A DNA stretch of 64,000 nt from Alphaproteobacteria bacterium (GTDB lineage: Bacteria; Pseudomonadota; Alphaproteobacteria; Micropepsales; Micropepsaceae), in NCBI GenBank assembly GCA_025350465.1, contig JANXXU010000023.1:15387-79386 (forward strand), given 5' to 3'. Of this stretch, positions 17,431 through 26,704 are shown in pieces. Position numbers and translations under genes: made by a program. The notes below the pieces were generated by a model that made no database searches, was not told the DNA's origin, and was given only the letters and a program-made list of their open reading frames with translations. Every line of letters starts with the position of its first letter. Positions within the stretch are counted from its first letter, which is position 1.

Positions 17431-19155
17431 ATGCGCATTCTTCCGCCGGTCTCGATCAAATCGCCCGGGCTGCTGCCAAGCCGCTGGGATGTGCTTGCCG
17501 CCCTGTTGGTGCTTGGTTTTGTCGTCTTATTCGCCAACCTGAGCCAGCTCCTCGTCGCGCCGCTCAGCCGGCTCGCCGTCGTGCCGATTTCGCTGGATCC
17601 ATCCCACTTGCCGGAATACGCGGCGCGCACGGCGGTGCGTATGTTCATCGCCCTCGGCGTGTCGCTTCTCTTCACCTTTACCTACGCGACGCTCGCCGCC
17701 AAGAGCGAGCGCGCCGGCAGGCTGCTCATCCCGCTGCTCGACATTCTTCAGTCGGTGCCGATTCTCGGGTTCATTTCGGTCACGGTGGTCTTCTTCCTCT
17801 CGCTTGCCCCGGGCCGCGTCCTGGGCGCGGAGCTTGCTGCCGTCTTCGCGATTTTCACCAGCCAAGCTTGGAACATGGCGTTCAGTTTCTACCAATCGCT
17901 GCGCACGGTTCCTATTGAGCTGACCGAAGCCGGCAAGCTCTTCGGCCTCAACGCCTGGGCGCGCTTTTGGCGCATCGAGGTGCCGTTCGCCATGCCGTCC
18001 TTGATTTGGAACATGATGATGTCGATGTCGGGCGGCTGGTTTTTCGTCGTGGCCTCGGAGGCGATCAGCGTCGGCAACACCACGGTGACGTTGCCCGGGA
18101 TCGGTTCCTACATCGCCGCCGCGATTGCTCAGAGCAACTTGACCGCGATCTATTGGGCGATCGGCGCGATGCTGATCGTGATCCTGGTCTACGACCAGCT
18201 TCTGTTCCGCCCGTTGGTTGCTTGGGCGGACCGTTTCCGTTTCGACGACCAGCAAAGCGACGAACCGCCGCGTGCGTGGGCGCTGACGATGTTGCGCCGC
18301 TCGCGCCTCATCAAAGCGGTGGCAAGCCCGGCATCTGCGTTCATGTCATGGACATTTCGCCTCGCCCCTCCGCGCGTGCCGGTAAGGCCCGCTCGGAATT
18401 CAGTTTCGCAACGGGCCTTGGCGATTGGTTGGAACGTGTTGATCGCCGCGCTCGCTGTCGTTGCCGCTTGGCGGGTGGGCGCCTTTATTGCCGCGCGCGT
18501 GTCCTTGGCGGAAGCAGTGGATTGCGTCGGCCTGGGTTTCATCACGATGTTGCGGGTCTTGGTGTTGATCGCGCTTGCAAGCGTGATCTGGACGCCGATT
18601 GGCATCTATGTCGGCCTGCGCCCGGGCCTCGCGCGCTTCGTTCAGCCGATTGCCCAATTTTTGGCTGCCTTTCCGGCCAATCTGCTTTTCCCTGTCGCCG
18701 TCTCGCTGATCGTCTCCTTCTCTCTTGATCCCGACATCTGGCTCTCGCCGCTGATGGTGCTCGGCACCCAGTGGTACATTCTCTTCAACGTCATTGCGGG
18801 TGCGTCGACGTTGCCGATGGAGCTGCGGGATGTCGGTACCAATCTGGGTGTGCGCGGATGGCTGTGGTGGCGCAAGGTGGCGCTACCCGGCGTGTTTCCT
18901 TTCTATTTGACTGGCGCAATCACCGCCTCGGGCGGATCGTGGAATGCTTCAATTGTTGCCGAGGTCGCGACGTGGGGCAATCATACGTTGCGGGCCCACG
19001 GTCTCGGCGCCTACATCGCCGAGGCAACGGCGGCCGGCGACTTCCGTCGCATCGTTCTGGGTATCGCCGTGATGAGCCTGCTCGTTACCGTCGTGAACAG
19101 AGTGTTTTGGCGCCAGCTCTATTGGTATGCCGAGCGCCGCTTTCGACTTGCATGA
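17431..19155 (+). CDS. ABC transporter permease, duplicated (two fused NitT/TauT-like BPD-type modules)
   Basis: 574 aa and about 12 TM segments. Two permease halves each carry an EAA-like loop region ([26 protein letters not shown] and [27 protein letters not shown]). Confidence 0.85.
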   Translation: MRILPPVSIKSPGLLPSRWDVLAALLVLGFVVLFANLSQLLVAPLSRLAVVPISLDPSHLPEYAARTAVRMFIALGVSLLFTFTYATLAAKSERAGRLLIPLLDILQSVPILGFISVTVVFFLSLAPGRVLGAELAAVFAIFTSQAWNMAFSFYQSLRTVPIELTEAGKLFGLNAWARFWRIEVPFAMPSLIWNMMMSMSGGWFFVVASEAISVGNTTVTLPGIGSYIAAAIAQSNLTAIYWAIGAMLIVILVYDQLLFRPLVAWADRFRFDDQQSDEPPRAWALTMLRRSRLIKAVASPASAFMSWTFRLAPPRVPVRPARNSVSQRALAIGWNVLIAALAVVAAWRVGAFIAARVSLAEAVDCVGLGFITMLRVLVLIALASVIWTPIGIYVGLRPGLARFVQPIAQFLAAFPANLLFPVAVSLIVSFSLDPDIWLSPLMVLGTQWYILFNVIAGASTLPMELRDVGTNLGVRGWLWWRKVALPGVFPFYLTGAITASGGSWNASIVAEVATWGNHTLRAHGLGAYIAEATAAGDFRRIVLGIAVMSLLVTVVNRVFWRQLYWYAERRFRLA

Positions 19156-20465
19156 GGTCAGAAATGGAAGCAGCAGATATCTTGCTTGACGTGCACGGCG
19201 TCCGTCGCTCGTTCCCGAAAGCCGGTGGTGGCGAGCTATTGGTCCTCGACGACGTCGAATTGAAGCTCGTCGATGGTGAAATCGTCGGCCTATTGGGCCG
19301 TTCGGGCTCGGGGAAATCCACGCTTCTGCGCATCATTTCAGGGCTCTCGAAACCAACCGCAGGATCCGTAACTTACCTGGGCCGTGGCGTTGACGGTCCG
19401 GCGCCCGGCATCGCGATGGTATTCCAGAGCTTTGCCTTGTTCCCCTGGCTGACCGTACTTGAGAACGTTCAACTCGGGCTCGAGGCGCTCGCGTTGCCGC
19501 CGAAAGAAATTCGCTCGCGCGCGCTGGCCGCGATCGATCTGATCGGTCTCGACGGCTATGAGTCCGCCTACCCCCGTGAATTGTCGGGTGGCATGCGCCA
19601 GCGCGTCGGCTTTGCCCGCGCGCTTGTGGTTCATCCGAACATTTTGCTGATGGACGAGCCATTCTCGGCGCTCGACGTGTTGACCGCCGAAAATCTGCGT
19701 ACGGATTTTCTCGATCTTTGGCAGGAAGGCCAGCTCCCCATCAAAGGCGTCATCCTCGTCACGCATAACATCGAGGAAGCGGTCTTGATGTGCGATCGAG
19801 TGTTGCTTTTCGCCTCGAACCCGGGGCATATTGCCACCGAGATCAAGATCGACCTGCCGCAGCCGCGTTACCGGCAGGATCCGGCGTTTCTTGCGATCGT
19901 CGATCGAATTTATATCGAGATGATGGCCCACCGGGCCGAGCGCGCCCAACGCCACGAGCGCTTTGCGGGCACCGGCATTGGAACAGTGCTGCCGCGCGTT
20001 TCGGCGAACCTATTGTCCGGTCTTGTCGAGACTGTCGCTGCTGCGCCCTACCTCGGCAAAGCCGATCTTCCCGATGTTGCGTCGAAGAACCAATTGGAAA
20101 TCGACGAGCTCTTTCCGGCCGCCGAAACGCTGCAAATGCTCCGGCTTGCTGAACTCGAAGGTGGCGACATCAAACTCACCGCGACGGGCAAGCGCTACGC
20201 GGAAGCCGACATGAATACGCGCAAAGAAATCTTTGCACGCGCCCTCATGTCATTTGTGCCGTTGGCCGCTCGCATTCGCCGGGTGCTCGATGAGCGTGCC
20301 AATCACCATGCGCCAAAGAGCCGCTTCCTGGACGAGCTTGAAGATCACATGGCACCCGAAGCCGCCGAGGAGACTCTTCGCACAATTGTCAGCTGGGGCA
20401 GATTTGGCGAGCTCTTTGCTTATGACGACGAGCACGGGCTGTTCAGCTTGGAGAACCCTGCTTAG
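19152..20465 (+). CDS. ABC transporter ATP-binding protein with ~170-aa C-terminal extension
   Basis: Walker [10 protein letters not shown], signature LSGGMRQR, Walker [12 protein letters not shown]. The ATG at 19152 overlaps the permease stop (ATGA). The C-terminal extension resembles the AAA-associated C-terminal domain of NitT/TauT-type ATPases. Confidence 0.9.
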   Translation: MRSEMEAADILLDVHGVRRSFPKAGGGELLVLDDVELKLVDGEIVGLLGRSGSGKSTLLRIISGLSKPTAGSVTYLGRGVDGPAPGIAMVFQSFALFPWLTVLENVQLGLEALALPPKEIRSRALAAIDLIGLDGYESAYPRELSGGMRQRVGFARALVVHPNILLMDEPFSALDVLTAENLRTDFLDLWQEGQLPIKGVILVTHNIEEAVLMCDRVLLFASNPGHIATEIKIDLPQPRYRQDPAFLAIVDRIYIEMMAHRAERAQRHERFAGTGIGTVLPRVSANLLSGLVETVAAAPYLGKADLPDVASKNQLEIDELFPAAETLQMLRLAELEGGDIKLTATGKRYAEADMNTRKEIFARALMSFVPLAARIRRVLDERANHHAPKSRFLDELEDHMAPEAAEETLRTIVSWGRFGELFAYDDEHGLFSLENPA

Positions 20466-20478
20466 GCGCCAACGAAAA

Positions 20479-20504
20479 GGCCCGGCGGTTGCCGAGCCTT
20501 TTTT
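20479..20504. terminator. bidirectional hairpin terminator
   Basis: AAAAGGCCCGGC-ggtt-GCCGAGCCTTTTTT, between the convergent stops at 20465 (+) and 20531 (-). Confidence 0.65.
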
Positions 20505-20530
20505 GATAACGAAAAGATCGAAGGGGCGGC

Positions 20531-21019
20531 CTATTTGCCCGACGAGATCTTATTGTTCTTGTCGGCGATGTCCGTTTTCTTATCGACGTCGTCGCTGATG
20601 TTCTTGAACTCGGAATCGCCTTGCGTCAGTGTGCGTTCGCAACGCGGCGAGCATGCGAGGTTGCGCTGGCCTTGTGCGCCGCGGTAGAGGGTTACCGTCG
20701 CATAATTCGAGACGCCGACGGTGACGCGCGTGTTGAGCACTTCCGATCCGGTTGCGTCGAGCGCGACGATGTTGGTCTGCCCAAACGTGCGGCCAAGCAC
20801 ATACACGGTCTTGTCGTCGACCATCTGCGCATCGGCGATCGCCGGGTTGCCGACGAGGATCGTCTTGGCGGGGCGATCGAGCTTCACGACCGAGGTTTGA
20901 TCGAAGTCGATGCGCATGTCCGATTGTGCGCTCTCGCCGGGACTGTCGGCCCAAGCGAATGAAGAAAAGAGTCCGCCGGCGGCTGTAGCGGCCAAGAGCG
21001 CGGCGCGAATACCCGTCAT
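20531..21019 (-). CDS. pilus formation protein N-terminal domain protein (stand-alone secretin-N paralog)
   Basis: Signal peptide MTGIRAALLAATAAGGLFSSFAWA. The segment SVVKLDRPAKTILVGNPAIADAQMVDDKTVYVLGRTFGQTNIVALD aligns by eye with the CpaC N-terminus. Track ORF trimmed to ATG 21019. Confidence 0.7.
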   Translation of the reverse strand: MTGIRAALLAATAAGGLFSSFAWADSPGESAQSDMRIDFDQTSVVKLDRPAKTILVGNPAIADAQMVDDKTVYVLGRTFGQTNIVALDATGSEVLNTRVTVGVSNYATVTLYRGAQGQRNLACSPRCERTLTQGDSEFKNISDDVDKKTDIADKNNKISSGK

Positions 21020-21334
21020 GGGAATCCCCGTTGTGATTAGTGGTTTCGTGAGGGTGGAGCGTGACGGAAAGCCGTTAAGGATGTCTGAAGCGCATTTGCG
21101 CGAGACGAGCGCGTTCCGCCTGGTCATGCGAAAATAAGTTTATTGAGTTGCTTAAATCATTATTGTTCTTAACCGATGTTTTACTTTGTTATGGTCTTCT
21201 AATACTTCGGGAAAATCTCGGCTTTCATACATTGTTAGGTGTTTGGGCCGTAGCCTCCAGCGCGGTTCGTGTAACGGGGAAAATATCGTTCAGCGGGCCG
21301 ACATGGTGCAGTGGTGTCAAACATGGAGGCCTCA
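21020..21334. promoter_or_regulatory. AT-rich divergent promoter region upstream of flp
   Basis: Strongly AT-rich stretch at 21130..21240. GGAGG RBS at 21325..21329, 5 nt before the flp ATG. Confidence 0.5.
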
Positions 21335-21496
21335 ATGAGCCGTTTTATTACTCGCTTTGTGAAGGATGAGTCCGGTGCGACGGCCATCGAGTATGGTCTG
21401 ATCGCGGCGTCCATCGCGGTCGTGATTATCACCGCGGTGCAGTTGCTGGGCACGAAGCTCACGACGACCTTTACGAGCGTCGCCAACGCTCTCTAA
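21335..21496 (+). CDS. flp: Flp family type IVb pilin
   Basis: MSRFITRFVKDESGATAIEYGLIAASIAVVIITAV... carries the Flp motif G/ATAIEYGLIA. Track ORF trimmed to the ATG at 21335, which has a good RBS. Confidence 0.9.
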   Translation: MSRFITRFVKDESGATAIEYGLIAASIAVVIITAVQLLGTKLTTTFTSVANAL

Positions 21497-21553
21497 GAGA
21501 GTTGCCGCGAGGTGAGCCGCCGCATCGGCGCTTGCCTTGCGAAGTGGAAAAAA

Positions 21554-21590
21554 GCCGTCGGCTGCGGGTGATGCGGCCGGCGGCTCTTTT
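21554..21590 (+). terminator. rho-independent terminator / attenuator after flp
   Basis: 12-bp stem GCCGTCGGCTGC-gggtgat-GCGGCCGGCGGC (two G.U pairs), followed by TCTTTT. Confidence 0.65.
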
Positions 21591-21689
21591 CATACGTACA
21601 CGGACGATCAGCAAATATTAATCGCCCGGTAAGGCATCGCGCCTAGTCTGATACCGACCGGCATTGCCGCGAGGGGGAAGACGAGCGCC

Positions 21690-22196
21690 ATGCTCGAGAC
21701 GGCGTTATATACTGTCGTGGGCGCGACCATGGTCGCCGCCGCGGCCTATGACGTCCTGACGTTGACGATCCCGAACTGGATTTCCCTGGCGCTTCTGGCT
21801 TTCTTTCCGGTCCTCGCTCTTGTTGGCGGTTTGGGCTGGCACGAACTCGGGTGGCATGGCGCCATAGCGCTGACCGCGCTTGCGGCCGGCATTGCGGCGT
21901 TCGCGTCCGGCATCGTCGGGGGCGGCGACGCAAAGCTCTTCGCGGTTCTCTCCTTATATATGGGCCCGCGCGCGATCGCGCCTTACGTGTTCGACGTGGC
22001 CGTCGCCGGCGGCGTTGTCGGCGTACTGTTCCTGCTCTTGCTTCAACCGCGCTTGGAAGAATGGGCGCACCACTCACCCCTTCTGACGCAAATTCGTGCG
22101 CGCGGCATGGCTATTCCTTACGGCGTCGCCATCGTTGTTGGTGGCCTACTGGCATTTCCTTCCTCGCATCTCTTCGAACTCATCGCAGTCCTCTGA
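21690..22196 (+). CDS. cpaA: A24 family prepilin peptidase CpaA
   Basis: Polytopic membrane protein with AAYDVLTLTIPNW and GGGDAKL aspartyl motifs, in the position immediately after flp. Confidence 0.85.
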   Translation: MLETALYTVVGATMVAAAAYDVLTLTIPNWISLALLAFFPVLALVGGLGWHELGWHGAIALTALAAGIAAFASGIVGGGDAKLFAVLSLYMGPRAIAPYVFDVAVAGGVVGVLFLLLLQPRLEEWAHHSPLLTQIRARGMAIPYGVAIVVGGLLAFPSSHLFELIAVL

Positions 22197-22245
22197 CGTG
22201 GCGTAAACGCCAGCTCGTTCGTGAATGGCAAAGTCGGTTCTAAAA

Positions 22246-22253
22246 TTAACCAT
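22246..22253. promoter_or_regulatory. candidate CtrA-type half site TTAACCAT
   Basis: Exact TTAACCAT octamer in the 126-bp cpaA-cpaB spacer. Assignment to CtrA is inference only. Confidence 0.3.
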
Positions 22254-22322
22254 AGGTTGATACTCCGCAGGTAAGACGTTGGTTAGGGACCGAAAAATCG
22301 TTCGGCTAGGGAGTCGCTTCGC

Positions 22323-23138
22323 ATGAGCATGACGCGGATCTTGATACTTGTGGCGGCACTCGGCGCTGCTGGCCTCGCTGCGTTTCTTGTGCGCGGGCTT
22401 GTTGCAGGCGGGCCAAATCAAGCTGCAGCCGTGAACGTCGAGACCACTGAAATTCTCGTCGCCGCGAAGTCCATTTCGGTCGGCGGCAAGATTGCGGCCG
22501 GCGATCTCAAATGGTCGGGCTGGCCGAAGTCCGCGATGGACCCGAGCTATGTGACGCGCGAGACCCAACCGCAAGCGCTGGAACAGTCGTCCAACGGATC
22601 GGTGGCGCGCGCGCCGTTATTGCCTGGCGAACCGGTGACCGCGCAGAAAGTCGTGCGCGCTGACGGCGCGGGCTTTATGGCGGCGGTCTTGACACCCGGT
22701 ATGCGCGGCATCGGGGTCAAGGTATCGGCCGAACTCGGCGCCGGCGGTTTTATTCTGCCGAATGATCGCGTTGACGTAATTATGACGCGCAAACTCGGCA
22801 ACGACGATCAGGGCGTACCCTCCTACAGGTCCATGACGGTGCTACGCAGCATCCGCGTGCTCGCCATCGATCAGACGGCCAAGGAAGAGGGCGACTCGAA
22901 TGCCATCGTCGGTAAGACGGCGACGCTCGAGCTAACGCCGAAGCAAGCCGAAACCATCGCGCTCGCCGAGGCGATGGGTGAGCTGCACCTTTCGCTGCGC
23001 AGCTTAAGTCAGCCGGACCAGCCGGACGAGGCCGACGCCAAGCCCCGCCACGGTCTCGGCGGCGACGATTCCAACCAAATCGCTGTGTTTCGTTTCGGTG
23101 CGCCGTCACACGCCGCGCCGGGCGCGGCAGCAGAATAA
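22323..23138 (+). CDS. cpaB: Flp pilus assembly protein CpaB
   Basis: N-terminal TM anchor, SAF-like domain (ILVAAKSISVGGKIAAGDLKW) and conserved position in the cpa operon. Confidence 0.9.
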   Translation: MSMTRILILVAALGAAGLAAFLVRGLVAGGPNQAAAVNVETTEILVAAKSISVGGKIAAGDLKWSGWPKSAMDPSYVTRETQPQALEQSSNGSVARAPLLPGEPVTAQKVVRADGAGFMAAVLTPGMRGIGVKVSAELGAGGFILPNDRVDVIMTRKLGNDDQGVPSYRSMTVLRSIRVLAIDQTAKEEGDSNAIVGKTATLELTPKQAETIALAEAMGELHLSLRSLSQPDQPDEADAKPRHGLGGDDSNQIAVFRFGAPSHAAPGAAAE

Positions 23139-23149
23139 CGGGTGTAACA

Positions 23150-24646
23150 ATGATGCTTCTCCGCCTTTTGGCCATTGTCACGATCGTCTGCGGAATTGCG
23201 TTGCCGGCCGCGGCCGACGGCGTGGACCATGCTTCGGCGCCGTCTGCGCGGCCCGAGCCTACGCAGACATTGCAGATTCGCGCGGGCGGATCCGGCCCTG
23301 TGTCGCATCGTTTGCTCTTGCCCCTGCACAAGGCTGCCATCATCGAGCTGCTGGAAGACTCGCGCGACGTTCTGGTCTCCAGTCCCGACATCGTCGATGC
23401 CGTCGTGCGCACGCCGCGCCGCATCTACGTCGTGGGCCTCAAGGTCGGCCAGTCGAACGCCTTCTTTTTCAATGCCGGCGGCAAGCAGTTGCTCAATCTC
23501 GAAATTGTCGTTGAACGCGATTTGGGCGCGTTGCGTGAATTGATCGATCGCAGCATTCCCGGCGCCGACGTCAAGGTCGAGATGGTCAACGACAACGTCA
23601 TCCTGACGGGTTCCGTTCGCAGTACCGTTGATTCCGACGCGGCGAAGGAAATTGCCATTCGTTACGTCACCGAATCGACCCAACCGCTTCGCAAAGACGC
23701 CATCGTCAATCGCATCGCCATCCGTGGCGGCGAGCAGGTGATGGTGCGCGTTCGCGTTGCCGAGATGCAGCGCACGTTGTCCAAGCAATTGGGCGTCGAC
23801 ATGAGCGCCGCCTTCGACATCGGCAAGAATTTTCCAATCGCTCTCGCCAGCTCGAATCCCTTCAGCTTGCTGGGACAGGCGCTGTCTCAGAATCAGCACT
23901 TCCAAATAGGCAGCCTGGCCAAGGGTAACTCTGTCGAGGGCATGGTCCGCGCGCTTGAGCGCACCGGTCTCATTCGCACGCTAGCCGAACCGAATTTGAC
24001 GGCGATCTCGGGCGAGTCGGCAAAATTCCTGGCGGGCGGCGAATTCCCGGTGCCGGTTTCGCGTGACCGCGACGGCAACGTTCAGATCGAGTTCAAGCCG
24101 TTCGGCGTCGGCCTTGGTTTCACGCCGGTCGTTCTTTCGGAAGGCCGCATCAGCCTGAAGATCTCGACCGAAGTTTCCGAGATCACCGGCGAGAACGCGT
24201 TCGTCAGTCAGGGCGGCACTGTCATCGATAGCAACAACAACGTCATCACCGTTCCAGGCATCACCATCCCGGGCTTGCGCGTTCGCCGCGCCGAGACGAC
24301 CGTCGAGTTGCCCTCGGGCGGCAGCATGGTCATGGCCGGCCTGCTGCAGCAATCGATGAAACAAAACATCGACGGCATTCCCGGCCTCAAGAACGTGCCG
24401 ATTTTGGGCGCGCTCTTCCAAAGCCGCGACTTCCAGAGCGGCGAGACCGAGCTTGTGGTCATCGTCACGCCCTATTTGGTCGAGGCGACGTCGCCGGACG
24501 ATCTGGCGTCGCCGACCGACGGCTTTTCACCGCCCTCGGACGCCGAAACAATTCTGCTCTCTTGCTTGAATGCGACGTACGGCCCGAAAGGCCATGGCCA
24601 GCCGAAAGGCGCGCTCAAGGGACCGATCGGGTTCATCGTTCAGTAA
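23150..24646 (+). CDS. cpaC: type II/III secretion system family secretin CpaC
   Basis: Signal peptide, pilus N-terminal domain, BON-like segment (VILTGSVRSTVDSDAAKEIA) and secretin core (GIPGLKNVPILGALFQS...ELVVIVTPYLV). Confidence 0.92.
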   Translation: MMLLRLLAIVTIVCGIALPAAADGVDHASAPSARPEPTQTLQIRAGGSGPVSHRLLLPLHKAAIIELLEDSRDVLVSSPDIVDAVVRTPRRIYVVGLKVGQSNAFFFNAGGKQLLNLEIVVERDLGALRELIDRSIPGADVKVEMVNDNVILTGSVRSTVDSDAAKEIAIRYVTESTQPLRKDAIVNRIAIRGGEQVMVRVRVAEMQRTLSKQLGVDMSAAFDIGKNFPIALASSNPFSLLGQALSQNQHFQIGSLAKGNSVEGMVRALERTGLIRTLAEPNLTAISGESAKFLAGGEFPVPVSRDRDGNVQIEFKPFGVGLGFTPVVLSEGRISLKISTEVSEITGENAFVSQGGTVIDSNNNVITVPGITIPGLRVRRAETTVELPSGGSMVMAGLLQQSMKQNIDGIPGLKNVPILGALFQSRDFQSGETELVVIVTPYLVEATSPDDLASPTDGFSPPSDAETILLSCLNATYGPKGHGQPKGALKGPIGFIVQ

Positions 24647-24694
24647 GGGTTAAGACGCCTGCCGCAAGGAATTGGCAATCACACGAAGCTTAGG

Positions 24695-25393
24695 ATGACT
24701 CTCATGATCCGGTATGTGCGTCTTTTCGCGTTGGGTATGGTGGCCGTTTGCGCCGCCGGTTGCTCGATGCCCATGAGCAACGGCGAAGAAGAGTCGATTT
24801 CGCCGACCCAGCGTTATCCGATCGCCGTCGAACCGCAGGTCGTCACGATGACGGTCGCCGTCGACGACGGCATGCAGCGCCTGGCGCCCGGTGAAAGCGA
24901 ACGGGTGCGCGCCTTCGCGGAACGCTGGAAGGCGCGCGGCCAGGGCATGATCAACGCAGCCGCACCGGCAGGCTCGCCCAACCGCGCAGCCGCGATGGCG
25001 GGGCTTGACGAGGTCAAGCAAATCTTGCGCTCGTCGGGCGTCGATTCGAGCGCGGTCACCGTCTCGTCTTACCGCGCCGACAATGATCCGCGCGCACCGA
25101 TCACAATGAGCTTTGTCACGTTGGCCGCATCGACTGTCGAATGCGGTGCCAATTGGTCAAAAAATCTCGCCTTCAATCCGCGCAACACACCGTGGCCCGA
25201 CTTTGGCTGTTCATCGCAGCACAACTTCGCGGCGCTCGTTGCCGATCCGCGCGACTTGATCGAGCCCCACACCTCCGACCCATCCGACAATATGCGTCGG
25301 TCGCAGGTGCTGGATAAGTATCGTCAAGGTCAGCCGACCGAAACCGTGCGTACCACCAACGACACCGGCAACGTAAGCAATGTCGCGCACTAG
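24695..25393 (+). CDS. cpaD: CpaD family pilus assembly lipoprotein
   Basis: Lipobox VCAAGCS. Size and position after cpaC fit. The C-terminal Cys pair and FGCSSQHN segment are typical of CpaD. Confidence 0.8.
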   Translation: MTLMIRYVRLFALGMVAVCAAGCSMPMSNGEEESISPTQRYPIAVEPQVVTMTVAVDDGMQRLAPGESERVRAFAERWKARGQGMINAAAPAGSPNRAAAMAGLDEVKQILRSSGVDSSAVTVSSYRADNDPRAPITMSFVTLAASTVECGANWSKNLAFNPRNTPWPDFGCSSQHNFAALVADPRDLIEPHTSDPSDNMRRSQVLDKYRQGQPTETVRTTNDTGNVSNVAH

Positions 25394-25434
25394 CGCGTGA
25401 AAATACCTCTGTAGGAATTTGGGAGTAGCCTGCG

Positions 25435-26697
25435 ATGTCCAAGACGAGTGGGACCGACAAACCAGAGCCGACGTTCGGTGCGGCCGTTCAAGACCGTCCC
25501 GTCCCGCGCATTTCGATCCACGCGTTCTGCGAATCGCCGGAAACGGGCGCAGTCATCCAGCGCGCGGGTCAAGATCGCCGCTTGGCGAAGGCGCATCTCA
25601 CCGTGCACATGGGCGGCGTCTTCGGCGCCGTCGAATATTTTAGCGACTCCTCCACGCCCAACGTCGTGATGGTCGAGACGCGCGAGCACGGTCCCTCCAT
25701 CCTGCGCGAGCTCGAGAAGCTCGCCCACGTTTGCGATCCGGGGACGAAAGTCATTGTTATCGGCGGTACCAACGATATCGTTCTCTATCGCGAGATGATC
25801 CGCCAAGGGGTCAACGAATATCTCGTCGCGCCGCTCAATCCGCTTCAGGTCATCGAGGCGATCGCCACCCTCTATCACAGCCCGGCGGCGGCGCCGATCG
25901 GCAAGATCTTCGCATTTGTCGGTGCGCGCGGCGGCACGGGGTCGTCCACGGTCGCGCACAATTGCGCCTGGTCGATCGCCGAGGATCTTCACATTTCGAC
26001 CACGATCGCCGATCTCGACATTCCGTTCGGCACCGCTGGTCTCGACTTCAATCAGGATTCCGGGCAAGGCATCTCCGAAGCGCTCGCCAGTCCGGAGCGA
26101 TTGGACGACATGCTGCTTGATCGCTTGCTGATCAAGCATACCAATCACCTCAATCTGTTCGTTTCGCCGGCTCAGCTCGATCGCGACTCGGCGTTCGCGC
26201 CCGAATCGGTCGAGACCGTTCTCGACATCGTTCGCCAAGCCGCGCCCTGCGTGGTCGTCGATGTGCCTCATGTGTGGGCGCCCTGGGTTAAGCACGTGCT
26301 CGTCGCCGCTGATGAAATCATCGTCACGGCCACGCCCGATCTCGCGAGCTTGCGCAACGGCAAGAACATCTACGATCTTCTCAACCAATCGCGGCCGAAC
26401 GATCGCCCGCTCAAGGTCGTGCTTAATCAAGTCGGCATTCCGCGCAAGCCGGAAATTCCGGTGAAGGATTTTGCCGAGGCGATGGGTGCCGACCCCGCGC
26501 TCGTCATTCCTTTCGATCCGCAACTCTTCGCCACCGCCGGCAACAACGGCCAAATGGTCGGAGAATTGAATGCGCAATCGCGCGCCGCTCAGGCTTTCCG
26601 CCAATTGGCGCAACAGCTTACCGGCCGCGAACCGCGCGTCGAGCAGAAATCAACCAGCAAACTCAGCTTCGACTTCCTGAAGCGCAAGAAGGCTTGA
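25435..26697 (+). CDS. cpaE: CpaE: receiver-like domain fused to MinD/ParA-type ATPase
   Basis: Deviant Walker A GARGGTGSSTVAHN, a REC-like N-terminal region, and operon position. Confidence 0.88.
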   Translation: MSKTSGTDKPEPTFGAAVQDRPVPRISIHAFCESPETGAVIQRAGQDRRLAKAHLTVHMGGVFGAVEYFSDSSTPNVVMVETREHGPSILRELEKLAHVCDPGTKVIVIGGTNDIVLYREMIRQGVNEYLVAPLNPLQVIEAIATLYHSPAAAPIGKIFAFVGARGGTGSSTVAHNCAWSIAEDLHISTTIADLDIPFGTAGLDFNQDSGQGISEALASPERLDDMLLDRLLIKHTNHLNLFVSPAQLDRDSAFAPESVETVLDIVRQAAPCVVVDVPHVWAPWVKHVLVAADEIIVTATPDLASLRNGKNIYDLLNQSRPNDRPLKVVLNQVGIPRKPEIPVKDFAEAMGADPALVIPFDPQLFATAGNNGQMVGELNAQSRAAQAFRQLAQQLTGREPRVEQKSTSKLSFDFLKRKKA

Positions 26698-26704
26698 GTA
26701 GCGA

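Noticed and set aside
18771-19151. 127-codon N-terminal extension of the ABC ATPase ORF
   Set aside because: It lies entirely inside the permease gene. The ATG at 19152 gives the classic ATGA stop-start overlap, and the nucleotide-binding domain begins immediately after.
21152-21173. TTAA...TTAAC pair upstream of flp as a full CtrA box
   Set aside because: Spacing is 13 nt, not the canonical 7 nt. TTAACCGAT at 21169 has an extra base relative to TTAACCAT.
21148-21369. 73-aa ORF in the flp upstream region
   Set aside because: It lies in the AT-rich promoter DNA and overlaps the flp start in another frame. Its composition is implausible (Leu/Cys-rich) and it has no RBS.
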